A stretch of DNA of 32,000 nucleotides from Synechococcus elongatus PCC 6301 (GTDB taxonomy: Bacteria; Cyanobacteriota; Cyanobacteriia; Synechococcales; Synechococcaceae), in NCBI RefSeq assembly GCF_000010065.1, contig NC_006576.1, positions 300,001 through 332,000 on the forward strand, in the 5' to 3' direction. Under the pieces are notes generated by a model. It worked only from the letters and a program-made list of their open reading frames with translations. It was not told where the DNA came from and searched no databases. The translations under genes and the position numbers were made by a program. Position 1 is the first letter of the stretch. Each line of letters starts with the position of its first letter. Shown piece by piece: positions 1-9,940 of the stretch.

Positions 1-1
1 C

Positions 2-430
2 GATCGCTGTCGTCGCATTGAACAGGCAGGCTGGGATCGCATCTATCGCGATGATTTAGATCAGCTTTCGCTAGTGGCGCGAGGGTTGGCCGACTGGAAT
101 GCTACGGAAGCCAGTATTCGCATGGGGCACATGAGGCTAGTAGAGCATTTTGCCGCCGTCTCAGGCTCCTACGTCCGCGAGAAACCGACGATTGATCGCT
201 ACGCAGAAGTGCTGACGATCATGGCGCGGGCAATCGCTTGGACTCAAGGTCGCAGTCCCCAGTCCGTCTCTAAACTCAGCCAACGGATTGCCAAGCTACA
301 AATCGGGCAGCCGATCAACGTCAGCGATCGCTATCTGGACTATCGCCAAAACCGGCGAAGTGCGATCGAGCAACTCACCTGTGACCTAACCAATCGTCTC
401 GAACAATCCATCCAAACCTCGACTCACTGA
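2..430 (+). CDS. 3' part of a conserved hypothetical protein, 5' end outside the window
   Basis: The open frame runs from the window edge (DRCRRIEQAGWDRIYRDDLDQLSLVARGLADW...) through ORF 74..430 to a TGA. The peptide has normal composition, but I do not recognise the family. Confidence 0.6.
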   Translation, partial: DRCRRIEQAGWDRIYRDDLDQLSLVARGLADWNATEASIRMGHMRLVEHFAAVSGSYVREKPTIDRYAEVLTIMARAIAWTQGRSPQSVSKLSQRIAKLQIGQPINVSDRYLDYRQNRRSAIEQLTCDLTNRLEQSIQTSTH

Positions 431-497
431 GTCCGTTCTGCAGTCCAGTCGAGTACGGAGATGGTCTCTCAGGCTGTCAGTCTTATTCGCTAGGGAA

Positions 498-2066
498 TTA
501 GAACAGTCGCCCTCGGCGGCCATCCGGCAGAATCGTCCACCAGTTCGTTTTCGCCATCTTTAGCTGCACCGGCGTCAGCTTGGCACCCCGCAAGTTAGCC
601 CCGCAAAGATTCGTGCCCCGCAGGTTGGCATTGCTCAAAATGGCATCGCTGAGATCTGCCTTCTGCAAATTGGCGAAACTGAGATCGGCGTTGCCAAAGT
701 AGGCCTGATGAAGATTGGCTCGTCGCAAATTGGCGCGGTGGAGATTGGCCTGACCAAAATCTGCACGCTCTAACTGAGCGGCAACAAAGAGCGATTCCTT
801 GAGTTGAGCCCCTTGAAAGTTGACGCTGGGCAACTGTGATTCACTCAGGTCAATCCGGTTGAGCGGTTGCTGACTAAAATCACGCCGTCCACGCTGGTAG
901 GTTGCCAGAATGTCACGGGCATTGAGGCTGAGTCGTCCAGCACTGTTATTGCCCGAGGTATTGCTCGTCCCACCTGTCCAAGCGGCGATTTGCTGTGCAT
1001 CTGCCAGTTGCTCAGGCCGATTGCCACTGCGATCGCGGCGTCGAGCGCGAATGGCCTCAGCTTGACGCTCTTGGGGTGAAGGATAGCCTGATCCGGTTCG
1101 TCCAGAGGAGGGTTTGATCGGCGGGGCACCTGGGGGCAAGGCACTGAGGCCCTGAATCAGACTGTCGTGGTAAGGCTGTAAATCCAGAGCCGTCATCACT
1201 TGCTCAGCTCGTTGGTAGCGATAGCGCACAGAAGCTGCCAACATCTTGCCGAGTACGGTTGCGAGGGCATCACTGACCTGCACCGAATTACGCCACAACA
1301 GCTCGCCAGTAACCGGGTTGTAATCCAGATCTTGAGGGCCTTTCCCGGTCATCAAGAACAGACAGGTCACTCCCAAGGAATAGAGATCGCTGCTGTAGAC
1401 AGGCCGCATGGCAAGTTGCTCGGGCGGCGCATAACCACGGGTGCCGACAGAGAAGGAGGTCAAGGCTGTCAGGCCACTGCCGCCCTGGATTTGACTGACT
1501 TGGTCTTTGACCGCGCCAAAGTCGATCAGGACAAGGCGGCGATCGATGTCGCGGCGGAGCAAATTCGCTGGCTTGATGTCCCGATGAATCACGCCTTGGT
1601 TATGCAAATACTGCAGGAGGGGCAGCAGTTCACTCAGGAATTGCTTGGTCGCTGTTTCGCTATAAACTCCCTGCTCCCGTACTTCCTGCTCAAGAGTTTT
1701 GCCCCGAATATATTCTTGAACTAGATAAAAGCCTTCGGGGGCTTCGAAATAATCCAACAGTGTCGGGACTTGGGGATGGCTGCCAATGCGGCCGAGGGTT
1801 TTGGCCTCCCGCCGGAATAGCTCCCGCGCCATCAGCATAATTTCAGGGTCTTGCACCTGGGGCAGCAGCTGCTTGATGACGCAGAGGGGTTCTCCTGGCA
1901 ACTGGAGGTCTTGCCCAAGATAGGTCGCTCCAAATCCACCCTGGCCGATCGCCTTGACCACGCGGTAGCGATCGCGCAGCAGGAGCGGTGAGCCGCAAGT
2001 GGCGCAGCTGCTGTTAGCGTCGTCGTTATTTGGCTGTCCGCAGTCTGGATTGAGACAGAGAGCCAT
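498..2066 (-). CDS. spkB: Serine/threonine protein kinase with an N-terminal Cys-rich (zinc-ribbon-like) motif and C-terminal pentapeptide repeats
   Basis: CLNPDCGQPN...CATCGSP motif, GQGGFGATYLG glycine loop, VIHRDIKPANLL catalytic loop, LIDFGAVK, and GTRGYAPPEQ. The C-terminus has A(D/N)LxxANL repeats. This is the SpkB-type architecture. The likely start is MALCLNP at 2066, not the ORF start at 2183. Confidence 0.9.
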   Translation of the reverse strand: MALCLNPDCGQPNNDDANSSCATCGSPLLLRDRYRVVKAIGQGGFGATYLGQDLQLPGEPLCVIKQLLPQVQDPEIMLMARELFRREAKTLGRIGSHPQVPTLLDYFEAPEGFYLVQEYIRGKTLEQEVREQGVYSETATKQFLSELLPLLQYLHNQGVIHRDIKPANLLRRDIDRRLVLIDFGAVKDQVSQIQGGSGLTALTSFSVGTRGYAPPEQLAMRPVYSSDLYSLGVTCLFLMTGKGPQDLDYNPVTGELLWRNSVQVSDALATVLGKMLAASVRYRYQRAEQVMTALDLQPYHDSLIQGLSALPPGAPPIKPSSGRTGSGYPSPQERQAEAIRARRRDRSGNRPEQLADAQQIAAWTGGTSNTSGNNSAGRLSLNARDILATYQRGRRDFSQQPLNRIDLSESQLPSVNFQGAQLKESLFVAAQLERADFGQANLHRANLRRANLHQAYFGNADLSFANLQKADLSDAILSNANLRGTNLCGANLRGAKLTPVQLKMAKTNWWTILPDGRRGRLF

Positions 2067-2201
2067 GAGCAGGGTGCAGGGAAGAACCAGATCTTCTACA
2101 GTTGCATCCACTTTAGCGGCGATCGCGGCTTCGCAAAGCCCTCCACCCTTTGCCGATAGAATGATTGAGCCGAAACGGGGCACTCAAGGAAGGCGGTTAG
2201 C

Positions 2202-4637
2202 ATGCGGATATCCCTGAACTGGTTGCGCGAGCTGGTCCAGGTTGACCTCGAGCCCGAGGTGCTCGCGGAAAAACTGACCCTAGCGGGTTTTGAAGTTGAA
2301 GAAATCGAAGACCGCCGCACTTGGGCCGCCGGGGTTGTCGTGGGTCGGGTCTTGGAACGCGAACAGCACCCAAATGCCGATCGCCTCAGTGTTTGTCAGG
2401 TGGAGATTGGCCAAGCAGAACCAGTCACGATCGTCTGTGGTGCCAGTAACGTCCGAGCAGATATCTGGGTCGCTGTCGCCACCTTGGGCAGCTATTTACC
2501 CTGCATTGACCTCAAGCTAAAGCCGACCAAACTGCGGGGTGTGCGATCGGAGGGCATGATTTGCTCTCTGTCTGAGCTAGGACTGACCAAAGAATCAGAA
2601 GGCATCCACATCTTCCCTGAGGATGCAGGCTTACAAGCGGGGCAGCCCGTTGGCCCCCTGCTGGGGCTGGATGATGTTGTCCTCGATTTAACCTCAACGG
2701 CGAATCGGGCTGATGCCCTGAGCCTGATCGGGATCGCGCGGGAGGTGCGGGCCTTAACTGCGGCTACCCTGACGCTACCTGAGGTGGGAACTGCAGACCT
2801 ATCCCGAACTACCCTGTCTTGGCGATCTCTCTACAAAGTGAAGCCTGGAAGCCACTACAGCGGCACGATCATCGAAGGGGTGACGATCGCGCCCTCGCCG
2901 GAGTGGTTGCAAAAGCGGCTGCAACTGGCCGGGATTCGCACGATTAATAATGTCGTCGACATTACCAACTACATCCTGTTGGAGTACGGTCAGCCGCTCC
3001 ACGCCTTCGACCGTCAGAAACTGCAAGCGATCGCGGGCAGTAGCGATCTTGCGATCGGGGTGCGATCGGCCCAAGCCGGTGAAACGCTGAAGACCCTAGA
3101 CGATCAGGAACGGACGCTAGCCGAAGCCGCTCTGGTAATTACGGCGGGTGATTGCCCAGTGGCCTTAGCAGGCGTCATGGGCGGTGCTGACAGCGAGGTT
3201 AGCCAAGAAACCACCCAACTCCTGTTGGAGGCCGCTTGGTTTGAACCGATCGCTGTGCGTCGGTCAGCTCGGAGCCAAGGGCTGCGCACCGAAGCCTCAG
3301 CTCGCTATGAGCGTGGGGTCAATGTGACAGAACTGCCGATCGCGACGCAACGGGCGATCGATCTGTTACTACAAATCGCTGGCGGTACTGTCATCAGCCA
3401 AACAGTGGCGACCACCACGCAAACTGAACCGGAGCACAGCATCACCCTGCGCCTCCAGCGGATTAATGAATTGCTTGGCCCTGTTCAAGCAGAAGACGAG
3501 GAACTGAAAGATCTCGGTGCCGATGATATTGAGCGGTTGCTAACCGCGATCGGCTGTCATCTAACCTTGGTGGATGATGCGGTTTGGCAAGTCCGCGTGC
3601 CACCCTATCGCTACCGCGATCTAGAGCGTGAGATCGACCTGATTGAGGAAGTGGCTCGCCTCTACGGGTACGACAACTTTGGCGAAACCCTACCACCACT
3701 GGGCAGTGACGAAGGAGCGCTTTCAATCGATGAAAGTCTGCGCCGCCAAATTCGGGCCGTCTGTCGGGGCGTCGGCCTGACGGAATTACAGCATTACTCC
3801 CTAGTCAAACCCGGTAGCGATCGCCAAGTCCATCTGGCTAATCCGCTACTGGCGGAATATTCCGCCCTGCGGCTCGATTTGCTCAGTGGTCTGATCGATG
3901 CCTTCCAGTACAACTGGGAGCAGGGTAATGGTCCACTCTGGGGCTTTGAAATCGGTCGCATTTTCTGGCGGGAAGAGGATGGCTTCTTCGAGGCCGATCG
4001 CATGGGCGGCATTCTTGGCGGTGATCCCAGCCGAGGCCGTTGGCAGCGCGGGGGCAAAGAGCAGGCGATCGACTGGTATGCCGCTAAAGGGGTCTTGGAA
4101 GAAATCTTTGAGCGCTTTGGCCTCACGATTGAGTTTCAGCCCGATCGCCAAGACGATCGCTTCCATCCAGGTCGCACTGCTTCGCTCTGGCTGCAGGGTG
4201 ATCGCCTCGGACGTTTTGGTCAGCTTCACCCATCACTCTGCGAGGGGCGGGGTCTGCCAGCAGAGGTCTACGCCTTTGAGCTGGATCTCGATGTCTGGCT
4301 CGACCACCTCGATCAACCAGAACGGCAAGTACCGCGCTTCCAGCCTTATAGCAGCTTCCCTGCCAGCGATCGCGATTTGGCTTTCTTCGTCGATCAGTCT
4401 GTGACTGTGGCGGAATTGGAGCGGATCATTCGCCGTCAGGGTGGAGCCCTCCTCAGCGAAGTCGAGCTATTCGACCAATATTGCGGTGAGCATGTGCCGG
4501 AGAACCAGCGCAGTTTGGCCTTCCGTCTCACCTATCGGGCGAGCGATCGCACCCTGACTGAGGCAGAAGTGGAGCCGGTGCACGATCAGGTGCGACAGTC
4601 CCTCGTCGAACGCTTCCGCGTCACCCTACGCAGCTAA
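2202..4637 (+). CDS. pheT: Phenylalanyl-tRNA synthetase beta subunit
   Basis: 811 aa. [13 protein letters not shown]-terminus, tRNA-binding domain VCGASNVR, B3/B4 and B5 regions, and C-terminal FDX-ACB domain ([19 protein letters not shown]). Confidence 0.97.
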   Translation: MRISLNWLRELVQVDLEPEVLAEKLTLAGFEVEEIEDRRTWAAGVVVGRVLEREQHPNADRLSVCQVEIGQAEPVTIVCGASNVRADIWVAVATLGSYLPCIDLKLKPTKLRGVRSEGMICSLSELGLTKESEGIHIFPEDAGLQAGQPVGPLLGLDDVVLDLTSTANRADALSLIGIAREVRALTAATLTLPEVGTADLSRTTLSWRSLYKVKPGSHYSGTIIEGVTIAPSPEWLQKRLQLAGIRTINNVVDITNYILLEYGQPLHAFDRQKLQAIAGSSDLAIGVRSAQAGETLKTLDDQERTLAEAALVITAGDCPVALAGVMGGADSEVSQETTQLLLEAAWFEPIAVRRSARSQGLRTEASARYERGVNVTELPIATQRAIDLLLQIAGGTVISQTVATTTQTEPEHSITLRLQRINELLGPVQAEDEELKDLGADDIERLLTAIGCHLTLVDDAVWQVRVPPYRYRDLEREIDLIEEVARLYGYDNFGETLPPLGSDEGALSIDESLRRQIRAVCRGVGLTELQHYSLVKPGSDRQVHLANPLLAEYSALRLDLLSGLIDAFQYNWEQGNGPLWGFEIGRIFWREEDGFFEADRMGGILGGDPSRGRWQRGGKEQAIDWYAAKGVLEEIFERFGLTIEFQPDRQDDRFHPGRTASLWLQGDRLGRFGQLHPSLCEGRGLPAEVYAFELDLDVWLDHLDQPERQVPRFQPYSSFPASDRDLAFFVDQSVTVAELERIIRRQGGALLSEVELFDQYCGEHVPENQRSLAFRLTYRASDRTLTEAEVEPVHDQVRQSLVERFRVTLRS

Positions 4638-4779
4638 AACAGTCCTAAAGTGATCGCTATCAGCCTCTCTCCAGTAACGAGGGAGAGTCCTTGCTGGCGA
4701 TCGCCTTGCCAATTTTTGCGACCCCCCTGCGGGGATCAAAAGTCTCCCTCACAATAGGAGCAGGTTGCCCAAGGCGGCC

Positions 4780-6864
4780 ATGGATACTCCTCGGCTTCAT
4801 CCCGAAACGATCGCAGCAGTCAAAGAACGGGCCGATATCGTCGATATCGTCTCGGAACAAGTCGTGCTGAAAAAGCGCGGCAAGGATTTTGTCGGCCTCT
4901 GCCCGTTCCACGACGATAAATCGCCGAGCTTCACTGTCAGTCCGGCTAAGCAGTTCTACTACTGCTTTAGTTGCGGCGCCGGCGGCAATCCGATCAAGTT
5001 CCTGATGGAGCTAGGCAAGCAGTCCTTTAGCGAAGTTGTCCTCGATCTCGCGAAGCGCTACCAAGTTCCGGTTCGTACCCTCGAAGTTCAGCAACATCAA
5101 GAGCTGCAACGCCAGCTCAGCCGCCGCGAACGCCTCTACGAAGTTTTAGCTGTCGCGACCCAGTTTTACGAGCAGTCGCTGCGCCGACCAGAAGGTGCGG
5201 CAGCCTTGGATTACCTCAGGCGATCGCGGCAACTCCAAGAGTCCACCATTCAGAAATTTCAGCTCGGCTATGCGCCAGCCCAGTGGGCCAGTCTGGCAAC
5301 CCATTTGATTGAGCAGAAGCGCTTTCCTGCTGACTTGGTCGAAGAAGCCGGTTTAGTCGTGGCGCGGCGCAATGGCCAGGGCTACTACGATCGCTTCCGC
5401 GATCGCCTGATGATTCCCATCCATGACCTGCAGGGGCGGGTCGTGGGCTTCGGTGGCCGCACGCTGACCGGTGAAGAGCCGAAGTATCTCAACTCGCCCG
5501 AGACCACGCTCTTTGAGAAGGGCAAGCTACTCTTCGGGTTGGACAAAGCCCGCGCTGCGATCGCCAAGCAGGATCAAGCTGTCGTCGTTGAAGGCTACTT
5601 CGATGTGATCGCCCTGCATGCAGCAGGCATCGATCATGCGGTGGCTTCCCTCGGAACGGCCCTCAGTCGCCAGCAGGTCAAGCTGCTCTCGCGCTACAGC
5701 GAATCCAATCAGATCGTGCTCAATTTCGACGCCGATCGCGCTGGTGCTAAGGCGGCAGAACGGGCGATCGGGGAAGTTGAAGATCTGGCCTATCAAGGAC
5801 AGGTACAGCTGCGGGTCCTCAATCTGCCTGGCGGTAAGGATGCTGACGAATACCTACAGCGTCACAGTGTCGCCGACTATCGTGAGCTACTGGCGCGATC
5901 GCCCCTCTGGTTAGATTGGCAGATCGATCAACTGCTGCGCGATCGCAACCTCGATCAGGCCGATCAGTTTCAAGCCGTCGTTCAAGCGATCGTGCAACTG
6001 CTGGGCAAGCTGCCCAACACACCTCTACGCACCCACTACGTTCACCAAGTCGCCGAGCGCCTCAGTCAGGGTGAAGCCCGAACTGCTGTTCAGCTTGCCT
6101 CAGACCTGCGGGCACAAGTGCGGGGTCAACGTTGGCATGGTCAGGCTAGCCGCTGGGAGAAACCGGGCGATGACAGCATTCGGGAGCAAGCGGAAGCGCA
6201 GATTCTCAAGGTCTATCTCCATTGCCCACGCTTGCGCTTGGCTGTCCGCAAAACCCTCCACGATCGCGAAATTCAAGGTTTTAGCCTGCAGCCCCACCGT
6301 TTGCTCTGGCAGGCGATTGCTGAAATAGAAGAAGCGCACCTTGGCTTTGCAGCCATGTATCAAGTCGAGCGAGGGGAAGGCAACGGTGACGACTTAGCAG
6401 CGATCGACCTCGTGCCGATTCTGCGCGATCGCCTCGATCAACTCACAGGAGTTTCCCTCGGTGGCTTCTTGGAACTGAGTGAAAATGACCACGCCGATCT
6501 CACCCATCCACTGCCGTTGTTACGGGGTGCTGTGGCCTTGGTGGAACGACTGCGCTGCGAAAAACGTTGCCGCCATTTGCTTGACTCTTGGGCACGCCAG
6601 AGTATTCACACCTTTGAACATTGCATTGAGCAACTGCTGCAAGCAGGCATTGGGGAGGATGTTGATGCTGAGGCGCAGATTACCGCTCTGCACGAACAGC
6701 TCAACCAAGAGGCGCTTCACTTCCAAAAGCTTTACTACAACGAGCGCCGCTATCTACAGCAACTCGATCAAGAACGCTGCCTGAATCCCCAAGCATTCTT
6801 GGGCATGACAGAGCACGATGCTACTGCGATCGCCCCGACCACTCCCCAGCCGATTTCTGCCTAA
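4780..6864 (+). CDS. dnaG: DNA primase
   Basis: CPFHDDKSPSFTVSPAKQFYYCFSCGAGG zinc-binding domain and Toprim motif VVEGYFDVIALHAAG. The track begins at a TTG (4765). ATG 4780 (MDTPRLHPETI) is the more likely start. Confidence 0.97.
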   Translation: MDTPRLHPETIAAVKERADIVDIVSEQVVLKKRGKDFVGLCPFHDDKSPSFTVSPAKQFYYCFSCGAGGNPIKFLMELGKQSFSEVVLDLAKRYQVPVRTLEVQQHQELQRQLSRRERLYEVLAVATQFYEQSLRRPEGAAALDYLRRSRQLQESTIQKFQLGYAPAQWASLATHLIEQKRFPADLVEEAGLVVARRNGQGYYDRFRDRLMIPIHDLQGRVVGFGGRTLTGEEPKYLNSPETTLFEKGKLLFGLDKARAAIAKQDQAVVVEGYFDVIALHAAGIDHAVASLGTALSRQQVKLLSRYSESNQIVLNFDADRAGAKAAERAIGEVEDLAYQGQVQLRVLNLPGGKDADEYLQRHSVADYRELLARSPLWLDWQIDQLLRDRNLDQADQFQAVVQAIVQLLGKLPNTPLRTHYVHQVAERLSQGEARTAVQLASDLRAQVRGQRWHGQASRWEKPGDDSIREQAEAQILKVYLHCPRLRLAVRKTLHDREIQGFSLQPHRLLWQAIAEIEEAHLGFAAMYQVERGEGNGDDLAAIDLVPILRDRLDQLTGVSLGGFLELSENDHADLTHPLPLLRGAVALVERLRCEKRCRHLLDSWARQSIHTFEHCIEQLLQAGIGEDVDAEAQITALHEQLNQEALHFQKLYYNERRYLQQLDQERCLNPQAFLGMTEHDATAIAPTTPQPISA

Positions 6865-6873
6865 GGTGCATCT

Positions 6874-7242
6874 CTAGCGACACTCTTGTAAGTGATCGAG
6901 GGCGTTTTGATAAAGCGCCACAATGTGATGATCCTGTAGCTGGTAGTAGACATGCCGCCCTTGCTTGCGATAGCTCACCAGCCGCAGATTACGGAGCGAT
7001 CGCAATTGGTGAGACACCGCCGATTCGGAAACACCAATTGCCTGGGCCAAATCCCCAACACAGAGCTCCGATCGCGCTAACAGGGACAGCAACCGCAGTC
7101 GATTTGGATCGGCCAGCACTGCAAAAAATTCGGCTAGCGATTGGGCAACTTCGGGTGCGATCGCTTGAAGCTCCGAGGCGATCGCCGCATGAGTCCCTTG
7201 GCAGACTACCGTCTCTCCGTCCTGCAGCACTGGTTTTGTCAT
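6874..7242 (-). CDS. smtB: ArsR/SmtB-family zinc-responsive repressor
   Basis: 122 aa with helix-turn-helix [41 protein letters not shown] and C-terminal [17 protein letters not shown]. Divergent from the metallothionein gene, as in the known smt locus. Confidence 0.98.
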
Positions 7243-7273
7243 GAGCCAATCACGGTTTGTCCACCCACCATAC

Positions 7274-7289
7274 CTGAATCAAGATTCAG
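7274..7289. promoter_or_regulatory. 7-2-7 inverted repeat CTGAATC-AA-GATTCAG in the smt operator/promoter region (S1/S2-like)
   Basis: Perfect inverted repeat read directly in the 100-bp smtB-smtA intergenic region. It matches the known layout of the smt operator. Confidence 0.85.
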
Positions 7290-7306
7290 ATGTTAGGCTA
7301 AACACA

Positions 7307-7320
7307 TGAACAGTTATTCA
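7307..7320. promoter_or_regulatory. Imperfect inverted repeat TGAACAGTTATTCA (S3/S4-like SmtB operator)
   Basis: Imperfect dyad just upstream of the smtA ribosome-binding site (AAGGAG). It corresponds to the known SmtB-binding element. Confidence 0.8.
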
Positions 7321-7342
7321 GATATTCAAAGGAGTTGCTGTC

Positions 7343-7513
7343 ATGACCTCAACAACCTTGGTCAAATGCGCTTGTGAGCCCTGTCTCTGCAACGTCGATC
7401 CCAGCAAAGCGATCGATCGCAACGGTCTGTACTACTGCAGCGAAGCCTGTGCCGATGGCCACACCGGTGGTAGCAAAGGCTGCGGCCACACCAGCTGTAA
7501 CTGCCACGGCTAA
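7343..7513 (+). CDS. smtA: Bacterial metallothionein
   Basis: 56 aa: MTSTTLVKCACEPCLCNVDPSKAIDRNGLYYCSEACADGHTGGSKGCGHTSCNCHG. It is shorter than the track's cutoff, so the ORF track omitted it. AAGGAG RBS upstream. Confidence 0.98.
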   Translation: MTSTTLVKCACEPCLCNVDPSKAIDRNGLYYCSEACADGHTGGSKGCGHTSCNCHG

Positions 7514-7548
7514 TCAACTGTTTCCCTGCTAATCCCCCATCAATCGAA

Positions 7549-7581
7549 AACCGCTGGCTCCTCAATCATGGGCCAGCGGTT
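7549..7581. terminator. Stem-loop between the convergent smtA and pmbA genes, probably bidirectional
   Basis: Perfect 10-bp stem AACCGCTGGC / GCCAGCGGTT (7549-7558 / 7572-7581), with a T-rich flank (GATTATTTAT) on + and TTTTCG on -. Confidence 0.75.
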
Positions 7582-7621
7582 GATTATTTATAGGAGGTGC
7601 GATCGCGCAGCCTTACAACCC

Positions 7622-8968
7622 CTACTCGCCGGTGATCGAGAGACCTTCGACCCAAACAGCCGGCGAAATCCCACCGGGCGTGATCTGGGCGATCGCATCG
7701 ACTTGGACGATATTGCGCAACAGTTCCCGAAAATCGCCTGCAGCGGTTGCTGATTCGATGCTGACGCGATCGCCTTGATTGACCAACCAGCCATCAAAGG
7801 GCAGCGAGAACGAGCCTTGCAAGGACTGAACACCCGCATGGAGCGCTTGCAGATCATCGATCAAGATCACAGACTCGGCCGTATCGAGGCTCAGTTCCGA
7901 TCGTGCTTCCGCGGCTTCGACTACCCCAAAGTGGGGGCTAACGGTGACTTTAGCCCCAAGGTTGGCGTGACCGGTCGGGCTGGCACCCAGTCGCTTAGCC
8001 GTCCCCGCACTATGCAAGAAATTTTTGAGTACACCGGCTTCAATCAACGGGAGCCGGCGAGTCGGAGTCCCTTCACCGTCAAAAGCTGTCGCCCCCCCAT
8101 TAGATGGATGACGGGCATCGTCGTAGAGATTCAACAGCGGCGAGGCGATCGCCGTTCCCAAGGATTCTGGCGTCGAGAGGCTCTGGCGATCGAGCACACT
8201 CTGGGCATTGAACAAGTTGGAAAAGGCTCCTAGCAGTTGTAGAAACGCTTCTGGTGAGAAGCAGACCAAGTATTTCCCTGAAGTGATCGGGCGGTAGTCG
8301 AGGTGACTGATCGTTTTCTCTGCTGTCTCAGTAACGCAGCCACTGAAATCGAGATCGGCCAAGCGGTGCGCCATCCGAAACGCCCCCGCACTGCGCGGCT
8401 TGCGATCGGCCTGCTCGGTCTTGCTGTAGAGGTAGAGCGAAGCGTAGCTGCCTTTCTCCGATCGCAAGGCCCCAGCGCTATTCAGATAGAAACCCTCACT
8501 GCGTCGACGCGCCAAACCGTTGTAGGGCACTGCCGCAATCGCGGGATGACTGGCGAGCAACTGCTGCTCAGCCTCAGCCAAGGCAGCAATCAGCTCGGGC
8601 ACCGCTTCGATGTCGTAGTTGGGAATCTCCAGCGGCTCTAGCGGTACAGTCGCCTCGGGGCTGAAGTCCGGCGCGTGCTCACGAATCCCGAACTGGCTGG
8701 CTTCCAAAGCCGTTTGCAGCGCCAGCTCTAAGCCCGGCAGATCGCTCTCACTGGTGGACGTGACGCCAACCTGTCCTTGCTCATTCCAGACGCGAACTGT
8801 GACGCCCGATCGCTGGGAGGCTTTGACCTGTTTGGGGTCGCCCTTCTCGACCTGCACGCTGGTCTCTTCGACGGCAGAACCAGAGACATCGTATTGAGCA
8901 ATGCCCAAGCGTCGGGCACTTTCACTCACTTGTTCGGCAAGGCGATCGATGGCCAGGGGCATAGTCAC
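7622..8968 (-). CDS. pmbA: TldD/PmbA family metallopeptidase (TldE/PmbA-like)
   Basis: 448 aa. Features include SQRSGVTVRVWNEQGQVGVTSTSE, GxATRL-like PTRRLPLIEAGVLKNFLHS, and C-terminal GDFRELLRNIVQVD...GGISPAVWVEGLSITG. Confidence 0.88.
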   Translation of the reverse strand: MTMPLAIDRLAEQVSESARRLGIAQYDVSGSAVEETSVQVEKGDPKQVKASQRSGVTVRVWNEQGQVGVTSTSESDLPGLELALQTALEASQFGIREHAPDFSPEATVPLEPLEIPNYDIEAVPELIAALAEAEQQLLASHPAIAAVPYNGLARRRSEGFYLNSAGALRSEKGSYASLYLYSKTEQADRKPRSAGAFRMAHRLADLDFSGCVTETAEKTISHLDYRPITSGKYLVCFSPEAFLQLLGAFSNLFNAQSVLDRQSLSTPESLGTAIASPLLNLYDDARHPSNGGATAFDGEGTPTRRLPLIEAGVLKNFLHSAGTAKRLGASPTGHANLGAKVTVSPHFGVVEAAEARSELSLDTAESVILIDDLQALHAGVQSLQGSFSLPFDGWLVNQGDRVSIESATAAGDFRELLRNIVQVDAIAQITPGGISPAVWVEGLSITGE

Positions 8969-9188
8969 ACAAGAAAAACGCTGAGAAGAGCCGCAGAAGC
9001 TCCTGCTCCTAGTGTATGGATTCTGGAGCGGCGGCGGGGTGCGAGTCGGCTTACCAGAGGGGTAATGACTGCAAACCTGAAATTATTTTGTGAATGTAGG
9101 GAAAGAGACAAATCTACATGAATCAATCGTTTTGAATAAAGCAACCGCAATGTGTCTGCGGCTATTCCACGTCTCTACCCAAGCTTTT

Positions 9189-9214
9189 CCCCGCTCAGCG
9201 ATGGCGGGGTTTTT
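9189..9214 (+). terminator. Rho-independent terminator oriented on the + strand
   Basis: CCCCGC (9189-9194) pairs with GCGGGG (9204-9209), followed by TTTTT (9210-9214). No + strand gene is visible upstream. Confidence 0.6.
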
Positions 9215-9268
9215 CTTGGCCAAATCCATCAGCGCGATCGCCTATTTCTCTCCTCTCAGCCCGGAAGT

Positions 9269-9775
9269 TCAGTCTGAATCAGCCGCTTCCATCAATGCTG
9301 TGAGCCGAGGCAATAACTGCTCAAGTTCCTCTTCTTGCCATTCCTCACCGCTCGGTTGATTGGGATGCGGTTGCAATCGCGGTGGACTGAATCCTGCAGC
9401 GGCTTCTACCCCATCCGCCACGGCATACTGAAAGCCCTCGAAGAACCAAGCCTCTTCATCAAAGTCCGTGATATCGATCGCATCGGGATTGGCGATCGCC
9501 GTTTCGTAGGCTGCTTGCCCCCGTGAGATCAACGAAGCGCGAAAGACGCTAAATGCATCATCACTGCAGCCACCCTGCAGCAAATAGGCTGCGCCCCAAA
9601 GCGACCAATCGTAGGCTCGATCCATCAAGGCATCAAAGTGCTGACTAAAAGCGATCGCCTCTTCCGCACTCAGACTCGCAGGCTGTGTTTGCAAGCGATC
9701 GCACTTGGCCTCCATATCGCCATCACTGCGATCGTGCACGTCTTGAATGATGGCCCAGAAATCTTTGAGATCCAT
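9269..9775 (-). CDS. DUF4240-like protein
   Basis: MDLKDFWAIIQDVHDRSDGDMEAKCDRL...GCSDDAFSVFRASLISRGQAAYETAIANPDAI is characteristic of DUF4240. The start is taken at MDLKDFW, not the track's 9811. Confidence 0.75.
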   Translation of the reverse strand: MDLKDFWAIIQDVHDRSDGDMEAKCDRLQTQPASLSAEEAIAFSQHFDALMDRAYDWSLWGAAYLLQGGCSDDAFSVFRASLISRGQAAYETAIANPDAIDITDFDEEAWFFEGFQYAVADGVEAAAGFSPPRLQPHPNQPSGEEWQEEELEQLLPRLTALMEAADSD

Positions 9776-9865
9776 TATTTCGCGCCTGAAAGCAGCACCT
9801 AGATTGCCCAAGTATTCCTAGAGCGATCGCATGATAATGAACAGAGCCCTCTAAAAGTTAGCGCA

Positions 9866-9895
9866 AGAAAAACTCCCGCTAATTTAGCAGGAGTT
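9866..9895 (-). terminator. Terminator of the RTX gene
   Basis: - strand AACTCCTGCT-AAATT-AGCGGGAGTT followed by TTTC. The stem is 10 bp with one mismatch (9871-9880 / 9886-9895). It lies directly downstream of the 9941..11773 ORF. Confidence 0.8.
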
Positions 9896-9940
9896 CAGGT
9901 AAACCTTTGTGCAAAAAGGCAAAGAGTTGGGGACAATAAA

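Noticed and set aside
3846-4404. Long ORFs antisense or in alternative frames within pheT (127 and 168 aa)
   Set aside because: High-GC coding DNA produces long shadow frames, and the pheT frame is unambiguous.
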